A stretch of 64,000 nucleotides of DNA from a virus (lineage: Duplodnaviria > Caudoviricetes). The notes under the pieces are model-generated. The model was given only the letters and a program-made list of their open reading frames with translations. It ran no database searches and had not been told where the DNA came from. Made by a program: the position numbers and the translations under genes. The DNA lies in the IMG/VR virus record IMGVR_UViG_3300020577_007013; one strand, written 5' to 3'. Positions 31,272-42,999 of this stretch are shown piece after piece (positions within the stretch are counted from its first letter, which is position 1; the number at the start of each line of letters is the position of its first letter).

Positions 31272-31956
31272 ATGAATCTCTTAGAGTGGGGATTTCTCTT
31301 AGTCTTCCCAATCACTCAAGAGCATTTCATAAATCTAAAAGAAAGAGTCGCATTCTGTTCGGTCTTCAGAGACGGTAAACTCGCCGATTATACAGAAGGA
31401 AAAGTCTTCATAAAAGCCACTTCAATCTATGTTTCTTCTATGTATAGGAATCTTCAAGGCTTAGAATTTGTCTACTCGAAGATGTCAGATTTCAAAGAGA
31501 AGCTCACAGAGAACAAAATCGAAATTGAGTTCAAATACGGGAAACGATTAGTAGTCTTGGAATCTTATCAATATCGGACTAACTAATGTGCAGTTTCTAA
31601 AAAATATCCCAAAACACTTTATCGTTGGACTCTACATGTTTTTCCGAGAATTCGGATGCATTCGAGTCGGACAGAAATACGAGTTTAGCACAAAGAAGCT
31701 TTGGTTTCAAATAGCTCAGATCGTATTCGTCGGTGCAACCTGTCTCAAGGTCTTCGCAAATGACCACATCTCTGGAAGAATCTCAGACAACTTAATCGGC
31801 TTACTTCTCGGTCATGCCGGTTCTGCTGCTATGACTTACGGATTGAGCAAGAGCAATGATGTTAAAGCAGCTGAGACGAGAGTGAATGTAAACACTACTG
31901 TTACTTCTTCTCAAGAGACTCACCAAAAAGAACAAATTATACCGGAGCAAATATGA
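31272..31956 (+). CDS. Hypothetical protein (31272-31586) and holin-like 2-TM protein (31588-31956)
   Basis: 31588: STKKLWF followed by two TM segments and a polar tail; ACTAA upstream. Confidence 0.4.
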
Positions 31957-34304
31957 CCCCTTACAAGAAAATTTTCAAAGAACAAGTCACCACTGACCTA
32001 ATGAGAACATTGGAAAAGTTGGTAACACAAATGTCTAAATACGGAAAGAATGAACCTCCTTATTGGAATGAGCTCATGGATGCCATTTATAATGGACTTG
32101 ACTCTGATTTTGCAAGTGCACTTGACTATGTTCTAGGATCTCAAAAGTTTGACCATGCTCAAGCAGATCGTCGACTTAAAATTGGATTGGAAAGAGCTTC
32201 TGAAAGAGCTGGAACAGAACCTAGAGCTGCTGTAGACAAAGCTGAAAGAGTCTTAAGTCGATTCATTGGAATAAGTGGACCAAACGGAAAGAAGTAATGG
32301 AAATCGGAATCGCAGTAGTTTGTTTTCTGTTGCTAGTAGAAATTGCATCGAGGTAAAAATGACTCCATATAAAAAATTATTTGAAGCTTCAGATAAAATT
32401 TACCTCGATGGCTTAATGAGAGATCTTTGGGATGTTCAAGGTGACATCGAAGATATTGAGACTCAAATGTCTGATGCTAGAAGAGCTAAAGATGACAAAA
32501 GACTTAAAGAACTTCATACTGAATTAAGAGAACTTAGAAAAGAGGAATCTGATTTGGAAGACGAAATAAACAAAGAGGAAAATAGATAATGGAACAATAT
32601 AAATCAAACTATTTGTCTCTATTCACTCCAAAAGGTGAGACGAAAGTATACATCGAGAGAGACGGACTTTATCTTCCTCCTTCAGTCTTTCCTCCTTATG
32701 GAGAAAAATTTGGTACAGTAGATGAGTTAGTGAGGGCATTGGTATGACAAAATATAAACCACTTTTCGAAGATACAGACAAAAAACTGGTCATCAGACTC
32801 CATGAACCAAGAAAATACAACGTAGACAATGTCGAAGCGATGTACAAAGAAATGGGTGAGCTGTCAAATTTTTACATAGTCTGGTATGATGATTCAGGAT
32901 ATGACGGAGAAGGTGATACTGTCAAGATTTACAAGATGACAGGAGAATGGGAATTTGAAGATGACATTCTTACTTTTCAAGGAACCATGATCGTTAAAGG
33001 AACTGAATGTGATTTTGATGGTAAAGTCATTTCAACAGTTTTTTGGGGTGATTATTCGAACAACCTGAAGCAAGTAACAAAACAAATAAATCAAACCTAT
33101 CAAGAAGAAGGAATCAATTGGTATCTTTGTGAGAAATATGAAATCGTATAAGTCAAAATTCTCCGAAGACTTCAGAACTGAAGAAGTGGATGTCCTAGAA
33201 AAAGTCAAGAGCTTCATTGAATCCTCAGAACAAGTGGGAATGTTTGTTTGCCCTAACAGAGATGAAGCAAAGAAAGTGGTTCTTGAAATTGGATATCCAT
33301 TCGTTTCATCATCAGATTCTGTTCTTGCTTTCGGAAAAATCATCACAGGAAGAAAAACTCATTACGTAGTGGAGCTCAATCCTAAGTCAGACCTACACAA
33401 ATTTTCCAAACTCATGGAAGTGGCTGATGAAAAAGAAATTGAGAAAGTGGTGGTACTCATAGTATGAGTCCTTACAAACCGTTATTTGAAATGGCTATTA
33501 AGCATACTTTCTTAGACACTAAGGTCTCTCCTAAAGAAAAAGCTAAGTTAATCATTAACGATGCGTTAGAGAGATCATTCTATTGGTCTGAGAATGAAGA
33601 AGGAGAGGTCTCAGAAGAAGAGATAAGTCTTGTGAATGCTGAACTTGAAAAACTCGTTGACAAAATAAATTCAAAACTTAGAATCGGTAATATACATTCT
33701 AGAGCTGAAAAGAGAGCAGGAAAATGATTCGTTATAAACGACTCTTTGAAAGTGGAGGACTCGTAGAAGGTGAGTCAGTCGAGACATTAGGAGTATTGAA
33801 ATATCTCGATGTAGGGAAGATTAGGAATAGACTTCCTAAACTGTACTCCAAAATAAAAAAGATGGATAGACCTATTAAAGTAAGGCAACATGACTGGGTA
33901 GATCCTAAAGGGTCTGACTCGGTGCACAGTCTTGACTTCTTGTCGACTAGTCATATATCCAATGTCGACAATCAAATGGTCTCAATCACATTAGAAAAAG
34001 ATAAAGACTTATATATTCAGTCTAAGCGACTTATATCAAAATTGCTTAATAAGGAAACTCCATGAGATACAAATCTTTCTTCAGAGAGTTCAGAGAAGCT
34101 TATGCAGACGTTCAGACTGTAAAGAATGAACTCACTAATCTCCATACTCAACTCGAAGGTTTTCAAGCAGAATTGAAGACTACTCAGACTCTAGAATTAC
34201 GTGATGACTTAGAGCAGAAGATCACATACGTTCAAAACCAAATCTATGAACTCGAACAACAATTGGGAAAAATGAATGATAGCCAATCTCCTCAAGAAGG
34301 CTAA
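31953..34304 (+). CDS. Array of N-tagged small proteins: 31953 MTPYKKIFKE, 32359 MTPYKKLFE, 32589 MEQYKSNY (variant, 52 aa), 32744 MTKYKPLFE, 33138 MKSYKSKFSE, 33464 MSPYKPLFE, 33724 MIRYKRLFE, 34062 MRYKSFFRE
   Basis: Shared N-terminal tag on unrelated bodies; translational coupling. Starts 32359 and 33138 were re-called from the tag. Confidence 0.7.
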
Positions 34305-35220
34305 AGCTAAGGTCGATAAGGCTATAGCAGAGAACCCAGACTTCGAGACCTTAACAATTCCAATAGGGCATTATCTAGATTCTATCTTCGAAAACTTAGA
34401 TCCACGATTTATTAAGAATGACAAACGCTATAGAGATCTAGGTATAGAACCTGAACTCGTTGAATATGATCCCAATATGTCACACTATTACCTTCCATTA
34501 GATGCTCCCTCTTCAATGAGAGAACGATGGAATGGGCTTGAACAAGAAGCAGAAAAAGCTATTGTTGACTTCAGAGAAGAAGTAGAGAAATATATCTTCA
34601 ATAAATATGATGTCTCGTATGCAGGATTTCACGATACAAGACCTTCAAGAGAAGGCTTTAACATGTCACTAATTATACAGAGGAAAAAGAGAATGAAAGA
34701 GAAATATACAAGACTGTTTGAAATGGAGAGACCGACTCCAAGAGCTTCTGAAAAAGAAAAGAAAACTCCAAAGTCTATAGAACTCCCACCTCAAGTAGAA
34801 AGGAATTTACAAAAATTTCTAAGAATGATTGACGAAGTCATCAAACAAAACAGAGACGTAGATGTACTGAAAATTCCAGTGGGAAGACTCTTCGAGTTGG
34901 CTGATAAGGTATATAGAGTCAGTGACATGAAAAGAGAAGATCTTATAAAAGCAGGTATTCCTGACAAGTATCTTAATAAAGATAATAGTCTCAAAGAAAG
35001 AGTTCCTTTGGAAATTTTTGAACATTGGAAAGACCTAAGGGATCTAGCTGGAAAGTATGAGTCAGAAATTAAAAGAAGACTTAAGAAAGAAGCGACTGAC
35101 GCAGGGTGGATTGCTTCAGTAAGTCAGATAGAAGATCACAGTCGATTGGCAGGAATAGAGCATTTAAGAATAAGAGATTCTTATTATTCTGTCACACATT
35201 TAATTCTCAAGAAACCATGA
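34276..35220 (+). CDS. Two-domain family C protein with internal tag (MKEKYTRLFE at 34693)
   Basis: Two KA..ID..I....IP.G domains separated by the tag. Confidence 0.6.
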   Translation: MIANLLKKAKAKVDKAIAENPDFETLTIPIGHYLDSIFENLDPRFIKNDKRYRDLGIEPELVEYDPNMSHYYLPLDAPSSMRERWNGLEQEAEKAIVDFREEVEKYIFNKYDVSYAGFHDTRPSREGFNMSLIIQRKKRMKEKYTRLFEMERPTPRASEKEKKTPKSIELPPQVERNLQKFLRMIDEVIKQNRDVDVLKIPVGRLFELADKVYRVSDMKREDLIKAGIPDKYLNKDNSLKERVPLEIFEHWKDLRDLAGKYESEIKRRLKKEATDAGWIASVSQIEDHSRLAGIEHLRIRDSYYSVTHLILKKP

Positions 35221-36405
35221 AAAAATATAATCCACTTTTTGAAATGAGATCTCCTGCTCCTAAAGCTGGACAGATTAAGAAGACCATAGAGCTTCCTCCC
35301 GACATAGAGAACAATTTGAAAAAATGCATTCGTGTCGTAGACGGTGTTCTTAAATACGAGTCTAAAGTTTATTACATACCACTGGACCATTACATAGAGT
35401 CAATACGTCGGAACTTCAATCCCTATTATGTGAAAGACCTCAAGAAGCTCAGTATAGAGGATAATGAAGTGAGTTTCGCCCCCAACTCAGATCATCCATA
35501 TCCTAAAAATGATAAGACCAGAGAGAAGTTTAATAAGCTTGAAATGGAAGCAGATTACTTAACTGAAAAATTTAAAAGCAAATTATCAGGTCATTACATT
35601 AATTACAAGCCCAAATATAATAATGGCTATGTCTATCTTGATGTACCTCGTTACTTAGGTGATCTCAAGAAATGGATACCTGAAGGTAGCAACTATTCTC
35701 TAGTGACTCTTGTATTGGAGAAGCCATGAACAGGTATAAGCCATTATTCGAGAGTGAAGACTTCGTAAACAAGACCTTTCAGAAGGCTGTGAGAACTATA
35801 GATGGAATACTTGCATCAGACACCGAGAAGCTCATTTGGCTGATACCAATAGGAGCTTTTATATGGACTATTAAAAGACATATCATGAAGACAGGAACAT
35901 CTATCAATGGGACTGAAGATGCAATGTGGAGATTCAAATCTAAGTTAATGAATTACTACGATGCTAAAAATTGGGATTCAACCATTGTTCCTTCCAGAGT
36001 TCCTAAAGATCTCAAACACTTGAGTGCTGGAGTCAACGTTACGTTGGAGCTTACAAGAAGATGAATCGATACAGACCCCTATTCGAGAGTGAACATTCTG
36101 ATAGGATCCTTCAGAAGGCCATTCATACTATTGACAAGATCATAGCCACCGATCCTGACAAAGAAGTATGGAAGATACCAGTAGGTGCTTATGCAAAGTC
36201 GATTGAAATGGAGGTCAGAAAAAATTATAAAGACGGAAATATAAAAGATGCTGTTCAGACTGGAAGACTTCATAAATTTCAGCAAAACCTTATAAAACAC
36301 TATGTTGAAAAAGGATGGTCAGCGATTACCCATAACGGCTTCGATGATCATGATCCCGATCTTAAGCACATGGGTACTGACTATACATTGGTATTAGCAA
36401 AATGA
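35217..36405 (+). CDS. Three N-tagged family C paralogs: 35217-35729 MKKYNPLFE, 35726-36064 MNRYKPLFE, 36061-36405 MNRYRPLFE
   Basis: Tag followed by a QKA.RTID.I.A....W.IP.G domain. Confidence 0.7.
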
Positions 36406-36837
36406 AGTACATATCACTATACGAGAACACAGACCCTCTTGTCGATAAGCTTTTAATAAAGTAAAGGGAATTATTGACGAAGAATTGAAGACTAGGGAAG
36501 AAATTACTTTTCCTTTGGTCGCCTTCATAAGATCAATTGAAAGAGCTTACAATCCACATTTCATGCAAGACAAGAGGCTGAAGGAACTCGGTCTCAGTAA
36601 GAATGATCTCGAAGAATATAATCAGGAGTCTCTAATGTAAGCGAGAAAATCGAAAACTTAATATCTAAATCAGGAAGACTTACTCTAGACTTCATAAACA
36701 GACTCACAAAATATTATCGAGAGAAAGGACATGGTCTTGTAGTCTTTGGTTATACGAGTAAAAGATCATTGGATCCAGATTTTAGACCTTATACTGTGAG
36801 CGGAACTGACTCTCAATTCTGCATTACTATACAATGA
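36402..36837 (+). pseudogene. Frameshifted family C paralog (MKYISLYENTDPLVDKL...)
   Basis: Three reading-frame segments align colinearly with 36834-37298 (ENADPYIEKLLGKVKKTIDE / LIKYYNNKG / RSFLEPEFR / CIQI); breaks near 36452 and 36630. Confidence 0.6.
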
Positions 36838-38029
36838 AAAAGTATAATCCCTTATTCGAGAACGCTGACCCCTACATAGAAAAGCTTCTAGGTAAAGTAA
36901 AGAAGACCATAGACGAAGCCCTTATTACAAGAAAGCGACTTCTGTTTCCAATCTCTTCTTATCTATCGTCTGTCTGGAAGAATTACTCACCTTTTTACAT
37001 GCAGTCTCATAGACTCGAGCAAGTAGGATTCGATCTAGAGTACATCGGATTCGATCTGAAAGATGAGAGATACAATTGGATAAAACCAGAAGCTCCTAAA
37101 TTTCTTCGTCAAAAATGGGATGCTATGCATGAGAATGCCAAGGAAGTGGAGAAATACTTTAGAGAGACTCTTATAAAATACTACAATAATAAAGGCTATC
37201 AAGTTTCTTTACACAATGAGACGAGAAGCTTTCTAGAACCAGAGTTTAGAAAATATGCACTAAGACAAGGATTCAATTTATGCATTCAGATTTCGTAGAC
37301 AGACTCGTAGCCAAGGCGTCTAGGAATATAGACGAAGCTCTTAAGAAAAGAGATCATATTAAGTTTCCTTTAGATGCCTATGAAAATTCTATTCTAGTAA
37401 GTCTCAAAAAACAGGGAAAGGATGAACGAGAAATTTGGAACACAATATGGGAGTTCGAACATAGGCTTATGAGTAAGTACCCTAAGACTTCAGTACATTA
37501 TGTAGGAACCATTCACAAAGACTTGCAGGCATTCACACATAAGAATCCTGATAAATCACATAGAGTATTAGACTTCTATATAGAGTCGACTGACTCTTTC
37601 GTAGACAGACTCGTAAACAAAGCTTCTAGACACATAGAAGAAGCCCTTAAGAAAGGTAAGCTTGTCAGGTTTCCTCTGTATGCTTTTGAACAGTCTATAA
37701 CCGACAACTTCGACCCGTATCGCATGTCTAAAGAGAAGCTTGTCTCATTAGGTCTTCTGGCAAAATTTCTCCTCAGATCAAGTCGTCCTACAGAAAATTT
37801 TTATTTAAAGGACTCTACTCCACTAGATCTCAAAGACAAGTGGTCTGAACTCGAGAATGAAGCTTCTGATTTAGTCATAGAATTCAGAAACAAGCTTAAG
37901 AGAAAGTTTAAGGGCTCGAGATTAGAGATGGTGGATAAACTCAACCCTTCTGATTTCACAAAATTCTCTAATCCTGATTATGTTAATAGAACTCTAGTGG
38001 TTCCATATAAAAGCATTTACAAAAACTAA
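36834..38029 (+). CDS. Family C paralogs 36834-37298 (MKKYNPLFE) and 37280-38029 (internal tandem duplication)
   Basis: FVDRLVAKASRNIDEALKK / FVDRLVNKASRHIEEALKK; DNA repeat TTCGTAGACAGACTCGTA at 37291 and 37598. Confidence 0.65.
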
Positions 38030-38034
38030 TATTT

Positions 38035-38973
38035 ATGCTACCATACCGTTTTTCAGAATTATACGAAGCAGTTGCTCCACAACTCAAAGGTAACTACAAA
38101 CAACTGTTTACCGACAGACTCTCTGAAGAGGAGTTTGAGGAATTGGCTAAATCAGTCGGTATCGGAGAACAAGATTACAAGTTTCTCCTTACATTCATAA
38201 ATAACAACCAGACATCTGTCAAAGGAAAGGAGCTTATCTCTGACTTAGAGCAACCTCTGAAAATGTATCTTTCTAAGAACTCAGTTCGAAGTTTAAGTGG
38301 AATGAATCTCGAGACTCTCAAGAAAGATTACGGTTCTGCTAACACGACTAAAGCAGTCGGAGATTCAAGTAAAGAGTTTCAGATAGTTCGTATAGATGAT
38401 GTCAATCAATGTGTCACTCTTACTAAAGACTCTGGATGGTGTGTACAGCAGAAGCATTATGCATCTGACTATCTTTCTAAAGGTCCTCTCTTTCTCATTC
38501 TAAGGAACGGTAAACGGTTCGCTCTTATCTCTTTCCCAACAAAACAATTTATGGATGTTCATGACAATCCACTTAAGAAAAAAGATCTTGATTGGATTGA
38601 CTCACATTGGCCAGACTTTAAATATGAAAGAATGCTTACTGGTAATGGTAGATTCAAAACAAAGCCGTCTGAAGCAGAGCTCAATAAAATGTTCACACTT
38701 AAAAAGGAATGGTATGGTGACCTTAATCTGTCAGGCATTCCTGTTAAAACACTTCCAGAAGGTTTTAAAGTAGACGGTACACTCGACCTTACAGGAACTC
38801 CAATCAAGTCTCTTCCAAAAGGTCTTAAAGCAAATGTACTCAACATACAAGAGACTTCCATATCAGAACTTCCTTCTGACTTAGACGTCGGAATTGTGTA
38901 TGTAGACTTCGGTTCACCAATGGCTGAATTCGAATATGAAAAGCCAGCTAAAGTTCATGAAATCTTGGAGTAA
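38035..38973 (+). CDS. Protein with WC...GPL...QFMD domain and C-terminal leucine-rich repeats
   Basis: GDLNLSGIPVKTLPEGFKVDGTLDLTGTPIKSLPKGLKA repeats; tag-like N-terminus MLPYRFSELYE; ACTAA upstream. Confidence 0.6.
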   Translation: MLPYRFSELYEAVAPQLKGNYKQLFTDRLSEEEFEELAKSVGIGEQDYKFLLTFINNNQTSVKGKELISDLEQPLKMYLSKNSVRSLSGMNLETLKKDYGSANTTKAVGDSSKEFQIVRIDDVNQCVTLTKDSGWCVQQKHYASDYLSKGPLFLILRNGKRFALISFPTKQFMDVHDNPLKKKDLDWIDSHWPDFKYERMLTGNGRFKTKPSEAELNKMFTLKKEWYGDLNLSGIPVKTLPEGFKVDGTLDLTGTPIKSLPKGLKANVLNIQETSISELPSDLDVGIVYVDFGSPMAEFEYEKPAKVHEILE

Positions 38974-39999
38974 ATACAATCGTCTTTTTAAAGAAGACGT
39001 CATCAAAGACTTTACTGATAAGCTAATCAAGAAAGCGATTGCAAAGTTTGATGCATTTATAGCAGAGCATCCAGACAATAAGATTTTTTCATTTAGGCTG
39101 GACCCTTATACGACTTCTATTTTAAAGAATTTTCACTATGACTATAGCAAGCCTGATAGAATCAGAGACAGTTCAGGTCGTCTTGGATTTGCTGCTGATT
39201 CTAAAGCTATGGAAGCTTATTCACGATTTAATGAGACTTTAAGAAAGTACTATGAAGATAAAGGAGACTTCTTTGTACAGGAAGCTGAAGGTGCACCAGC
39301 TAAAGATTCAATAGGTCCTTCATTTCCTAAGTCGACCCACAACTCACTTTTTCCCTATTATCTGAGTGTATCAAGAAAGACTCCCGGTGTAGAAGAGCTC
39401 TTAGATAAAACTGCTAGTAAAGCTATTAAGTATGTGAAAGGATTATTGTCCAAGTATCCAAACACCAAGCTTAAAATTGATATGTCAAAATTCTTCGTCT
39501 TCTTAGAAAAAAATATAGATAATGAGACTACAGAGTATACAGAGACTCTTCACAAGCTACAGATTAAAGTTGAAAAGGCTGTAGGTGGAGAATTTTCTAA
39601 TTGGAATTTTCATTCTCGTAGAAACCTTGAGTTATCAGATTTCAAGACCATAACTGATAGTTCAGGGGTCGAGCCAAGATATTTTGTCACATACTGGCTC
39701 TTTATTGGGGCAAAATGAAACCTTATAAGAGCAAATTTTCGGAAGCTGAGGAGAATTTGACTACCTCCTACCTCAATCACTTCGTTGACAACGACTCTGA
39801 CATAAGAGAAGATCTCAAGGAATTTGTGAAGAAACATCAAGGCTATATTATATCTATTGGTAACAGGTTTATTGACAAGTATGAAGACCTCGACTACGAC
39901 GATGTCGAAAAGATTATGAGAGCTCTTAAAGAAAGAGTGGAAGCCCAACCTAACCAATTTCCACTCATCGTAAGATTATTTTTTGGAGATGAACTATGA
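38957..39999 (+). CDS. N-tagged proteins 38957-39718 (KYNRLFKE; family C-like) and 39715-39999 (MKPYKSKFSE)
   Basis: Tags seen in the translation. Confidence 0.6.
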
Positions 40000-40562
40000 C
40001 AGTAGAAATGGAATTCAGTATCGGCGATGCCGAATATGAGCTTACAGCAGAAGGAAATATAGAAGAAGGAGACTCTGGACATTCAGATGCACCAGACTAT
40101 CCAGATGCCTTCTATCCTGAAGACCTACAAATCAATCCACTTTCTCTAAGCAAGGTCTCTCATATTCCTACTCATGAGCTTGAGTTCGATTGGGATATGC
40201 TTTGGTTTGAAGCTCCTTTCAGTACAGATAAGATCGATACTTATCTCTCTAAGTTCAAAGGTGATTGCTTCAAAAAACTCATAGAGATCATGACTGATTG
40301 TCTCCCTTCTACCTTTACAGACAAATTCGAAGAAGGAATTTCAGAGACTGACTTTCTTAAACGTTGTATGTTAGAACTCTCTAATGATCTTCCTTCTCTT
40401 CTTGTAGACTACACTGTCGGAGAGTTTCTGACTCTTATCAAAAATGTTTACTTTCCTTGTGGTGGAAAGAAACTTGAAGCAGAAGTTATCAAAGACATGG
40501 ACGAGAAAGCTTTAAGTGCTTTTGAACAGCCAGAAGAAGACGAGTCTTACTCGTCCTACTAA
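39996..40562 (+). CDS. Acidic hypothetical protein
   Basis: ORF track. Confidence 0.5.
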   Translation: MTVEMEFSIGDAEYELTAEGNIEEGDSGHSDAPDYPDAFYPEDLQINPLSLSKVSHIPTHELEFDWDMLWFEAPFSTDKIDTYLSKFKGDCFKKLIEIMTDCLPSTFTDKFEEGISETDFLKRCMLELSNDLPSLLVDYTVGEFLTLIKNVYFPCGGKKLEAEVIKDMDEKALSAFEQPEEDESYSSY

Positions 40563-40567
40563 GCTAT

Positions 40568-41803
40568 ATGATCAAACTATTAGCCGGCTTTGTTATAGGA
40601 GCCATCTCTGCTGGGTTCTGGTTCAAGGAAGACGTTGAAGCTCTAATCGAAAAGAAAAGAGTCGTTCAATATGAAAAACAGAAAGAACTTCAAACAATTA
40701 GAGAGGAAGCTCCTAAAGAAGTCTACATCATTCAACCGGATGATTCCCATAGACTTCAAGATTGTACAGACGAAGATTATGAATATCACGGTGGTAGACT
40801 CAAGTCGCATCCATTCATGAAATTTTATGAAGGAAGGAAAGATCCTCTCAACGGTTTCCTTCTTTCAGACAAATCTCCTGTCTACAATTATCTACATGGA
40901 CTTTCGACCCTAGATGATGACACTGTAGTCTTAATGGGCTTCAGAGGAAATACTGCAGGACCTCATAGAAGTAGAGTCACAACAGGACTTGAAAAAATAA
41001 GAGATGAATACAACAATGTCCTTGTCTACATGCCATCCTCATTCTACAATAAAGATGGTACACCAATTGAAGATAAGAAGACTACTCTTCAATCTATCTG
41101 TCATAGAAGACGATATGAAGGAAAGTATATTGGATCTGCTTGGCCAGGAATGAATTATGGTTACAGTTGGAAAGTCTATGACAGACTACTTAAGAATAAA
41201 GCCCATGTCTTTGTGTTCTCATACAGCAATGGTCAAATAGTGAGAGAAGACATTCTTGATACAAAATTTTCTAGAGGATTCAGACCGAACTACGTCTCAA
41301 TAGCAAACTACTTCGAGTTTCTTGAACAATATTCTAAGAGAACTGAATTCATCCGTAAGGACAAAATCCCTTTGCTAGACGGAGCTGTAGACTTCGAAAC
41401 CAATTATTCAGGTGAAAAACCACTTTGGGATTTAGCTAAATTCATCAAGGAACAAGTAGATGGTAATCCTACCAGAATGTACTACGCTGCCTGTGGAATT
41501 GAATCAGTAGTAGCAATCAATCATATTAAACTCATCAAATCATTAGGACTTATTGGTGTAGAGCTTCCTAATGGAGTTGTGAGATACATGAACGATACAA
41601 GAAATGTGATTATAGATGTTCTTACCTTTAACAAGCCAGAGCCTTACGTTTATGCGAACGTGGATCTGATCAAACAGACCACCTTCCTTAAAGACAATAG
41701 AGTTGGAAAGAGACTTTCTCTTGGACACTATATGATAGTGCCTTACGCAGCAGATCAGTTTAAACAGCTTGCTGCTGAGAGAGGCTTGTTAAAATCGAAA
41801 TAG
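40568..41803 (+). CDS. Membrane-anchored hypothetical protein
   Basis: N-terminal hydrophobic anchor; ACTAA 5 nt before the ATG. Confidence 0.55.
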   Translation: MIKLLAGFVIGAISAGFWFKEDVEALIEKKRVVQYEKQKELQTIREEAPKEVYIIQPDDSHRLQDCTDEDYEYHGGRLKSHPFMKFYEGRKDPLNGFLLSDKSPVYNYLHGLSTLDDDTVVLMGFRGNTAGPHRSRVTTGLEKIRDEYNNVLVYMPSSFYNKDGTPIEDKKTTLQSICHRRRYEGKYIGSAWPGMNYGYSWKVYDRLLKNKAHVFVFSYSNGQIVREDILDTKFSRGFRPNYVSIANYFEFLEQYSKRTEFIRKDKIPLLDGAVDFETNYSGEKPLWDLAKFIKEQVDGNPTRMYYAACGIESVVAINHIKLIKSLGLIGVELPNGVVRYMNDTRNVIIDVLTFNKPEPYVYANVDLIKQTTFLKDNRVGKRLSLGHYMIVPYAADQFKQLAAERGLLKSK

Positions 41804-42726
41804 TTTCTATATCTCTTTAAAGCCCATTTACCGTAGGACTTAGCATATCGAAGGTCGTCTCTACAGACTGTGTAGACTTGAGCCTCATTGTCGATCATAA
41901 GCATTTTGTAAATAGCAAATGTGTTATGTCCACCAGTATGATAAATAATCCAAACAGTTTTGTTCCATCTATCGAAAAATTTAGCCAATCCACTGTAGAG
42001 TTGTAGGAACTGTTCTCTGTTGGTATACTCATCATCAATTGCATTTGAGACAAAGAGAACCAAATGCTTGGATTCATTTGGGTAGAAGACAGCTTCATGT
42101 AAAAAACTCAATTGAAAGTAAAGTCTCTTTTTCAGATCTGCTCTGATTGAGACAAAGCAGTCTCTTAGATCTTCTTTATGGCAAAAAGATTGCATTCCTC
42201 TATTTACTTCTCCAATCTTCAATTGTCCAATTTTACGTTTCGAATTTGGATTAAGGGAGCTATCGAATTGATAGTGTGCATGAAGTATTCTCCAATCGAT
42301 GTCGATGGAAGTAATAGAAGAACAATTCAGTATGGATGACATCATGTAGACTTGCATGAATCCCACAGTGTAGCATTCTGCAGATTCATGGTCAATTAAT
42401 TTGTCCATTTTTTGAAATGCTTCATAAGCTCTATGGTCGTTGAGCAGGAAAAAATTCAGACAGCCTTTCATAAGTCGATCAACAATCCAATTGACTTTCT
42501 TAAATCTAGGAGCTTTACAATTAATCGACATGTCGAGATATTCGAACAAATCAGAAGGGTGTAAATTTTGATCTCCGATATTATAGAGCTCTCTATGTAA
42601 ATTCGAGACTGTGATCAAAGGTCTTTCGATAGGATCTCTTTCATCTTTGAGATTTATAGGAACGAGCTCTTTAGGAGCTTCAATGCAAGACAAAAACGTG
42701 AACACTAGAATGAAATATTTTACCAT
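41755..42726 (-). CDS. Predicted lipoprotein
   Basis: MVKYFILVFTFLSC lipobox; 323 aa. Confidence 0.55.
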   Translation of the reverse strand: MVKYFILVFTFLSCIEAPKELVPINLKDERDPIERPLITVSNLHRELYNIGDQNLHPSDLFEYLDMSINCKAPRFKKVNWIVDRLMKGCLNFFLLNDHRAYEAFQKMDKLIDHESAECYTVGFMQVYMMSSILNCSSITSIDIDWRILHAHYQFDSSLNPNSKRKIGQLKIGEVNRGMQSFCHKEDLRDCFVSIRADLKKRLYFQLSFLHEAVFYPNESKHLVLFVSNAIDDEYTNREQFLQLYSGLAKFFDRWNKTVWIIYHTGGHNTFAIYKMLMIDNEAQVYTVCRDDLRYAKSYGKWALKRYRNYFDFNKPLSAASCLN

Positions 42727-42742
42727 GACTGACTATATTACG

Positions 42743-42994
42743 ATGCATGAATACAAGAGTAAATTCGCTGAAGATGTACCTGGACTCGTAACTCGAGAAA
42801 ACGATGTTCTCAAAGATAAAATCGGGAATGTCCAAAAGACGCTCGATACAATGTACTATGATATGGTGGAGATCCTTTCTGACACCCAAGAGATCGAAGC
42901 TTCTGAGTTCTTAGCAACAGTGCTTAAGAAATATAGAGACACATCAAATGATTTAAGGCGAATACTCGCAGAAATTAAGAGGAGCATAGACTAA
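42743..42994 (+). CDS. N-tagged (MHEYKSKFAE) helical protein
   Basis: Start re-called from the tag. Confidence 0.6.
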   Translation: MHEYKSKFAEDVPGLVTRENDVLKDKIGNVQKTLDTMYYDMVEILSDTQEIEASEFLATVLKKYRDTSNDLRRILAEIKRSID

Positions 42995-42999
42995 TCACT

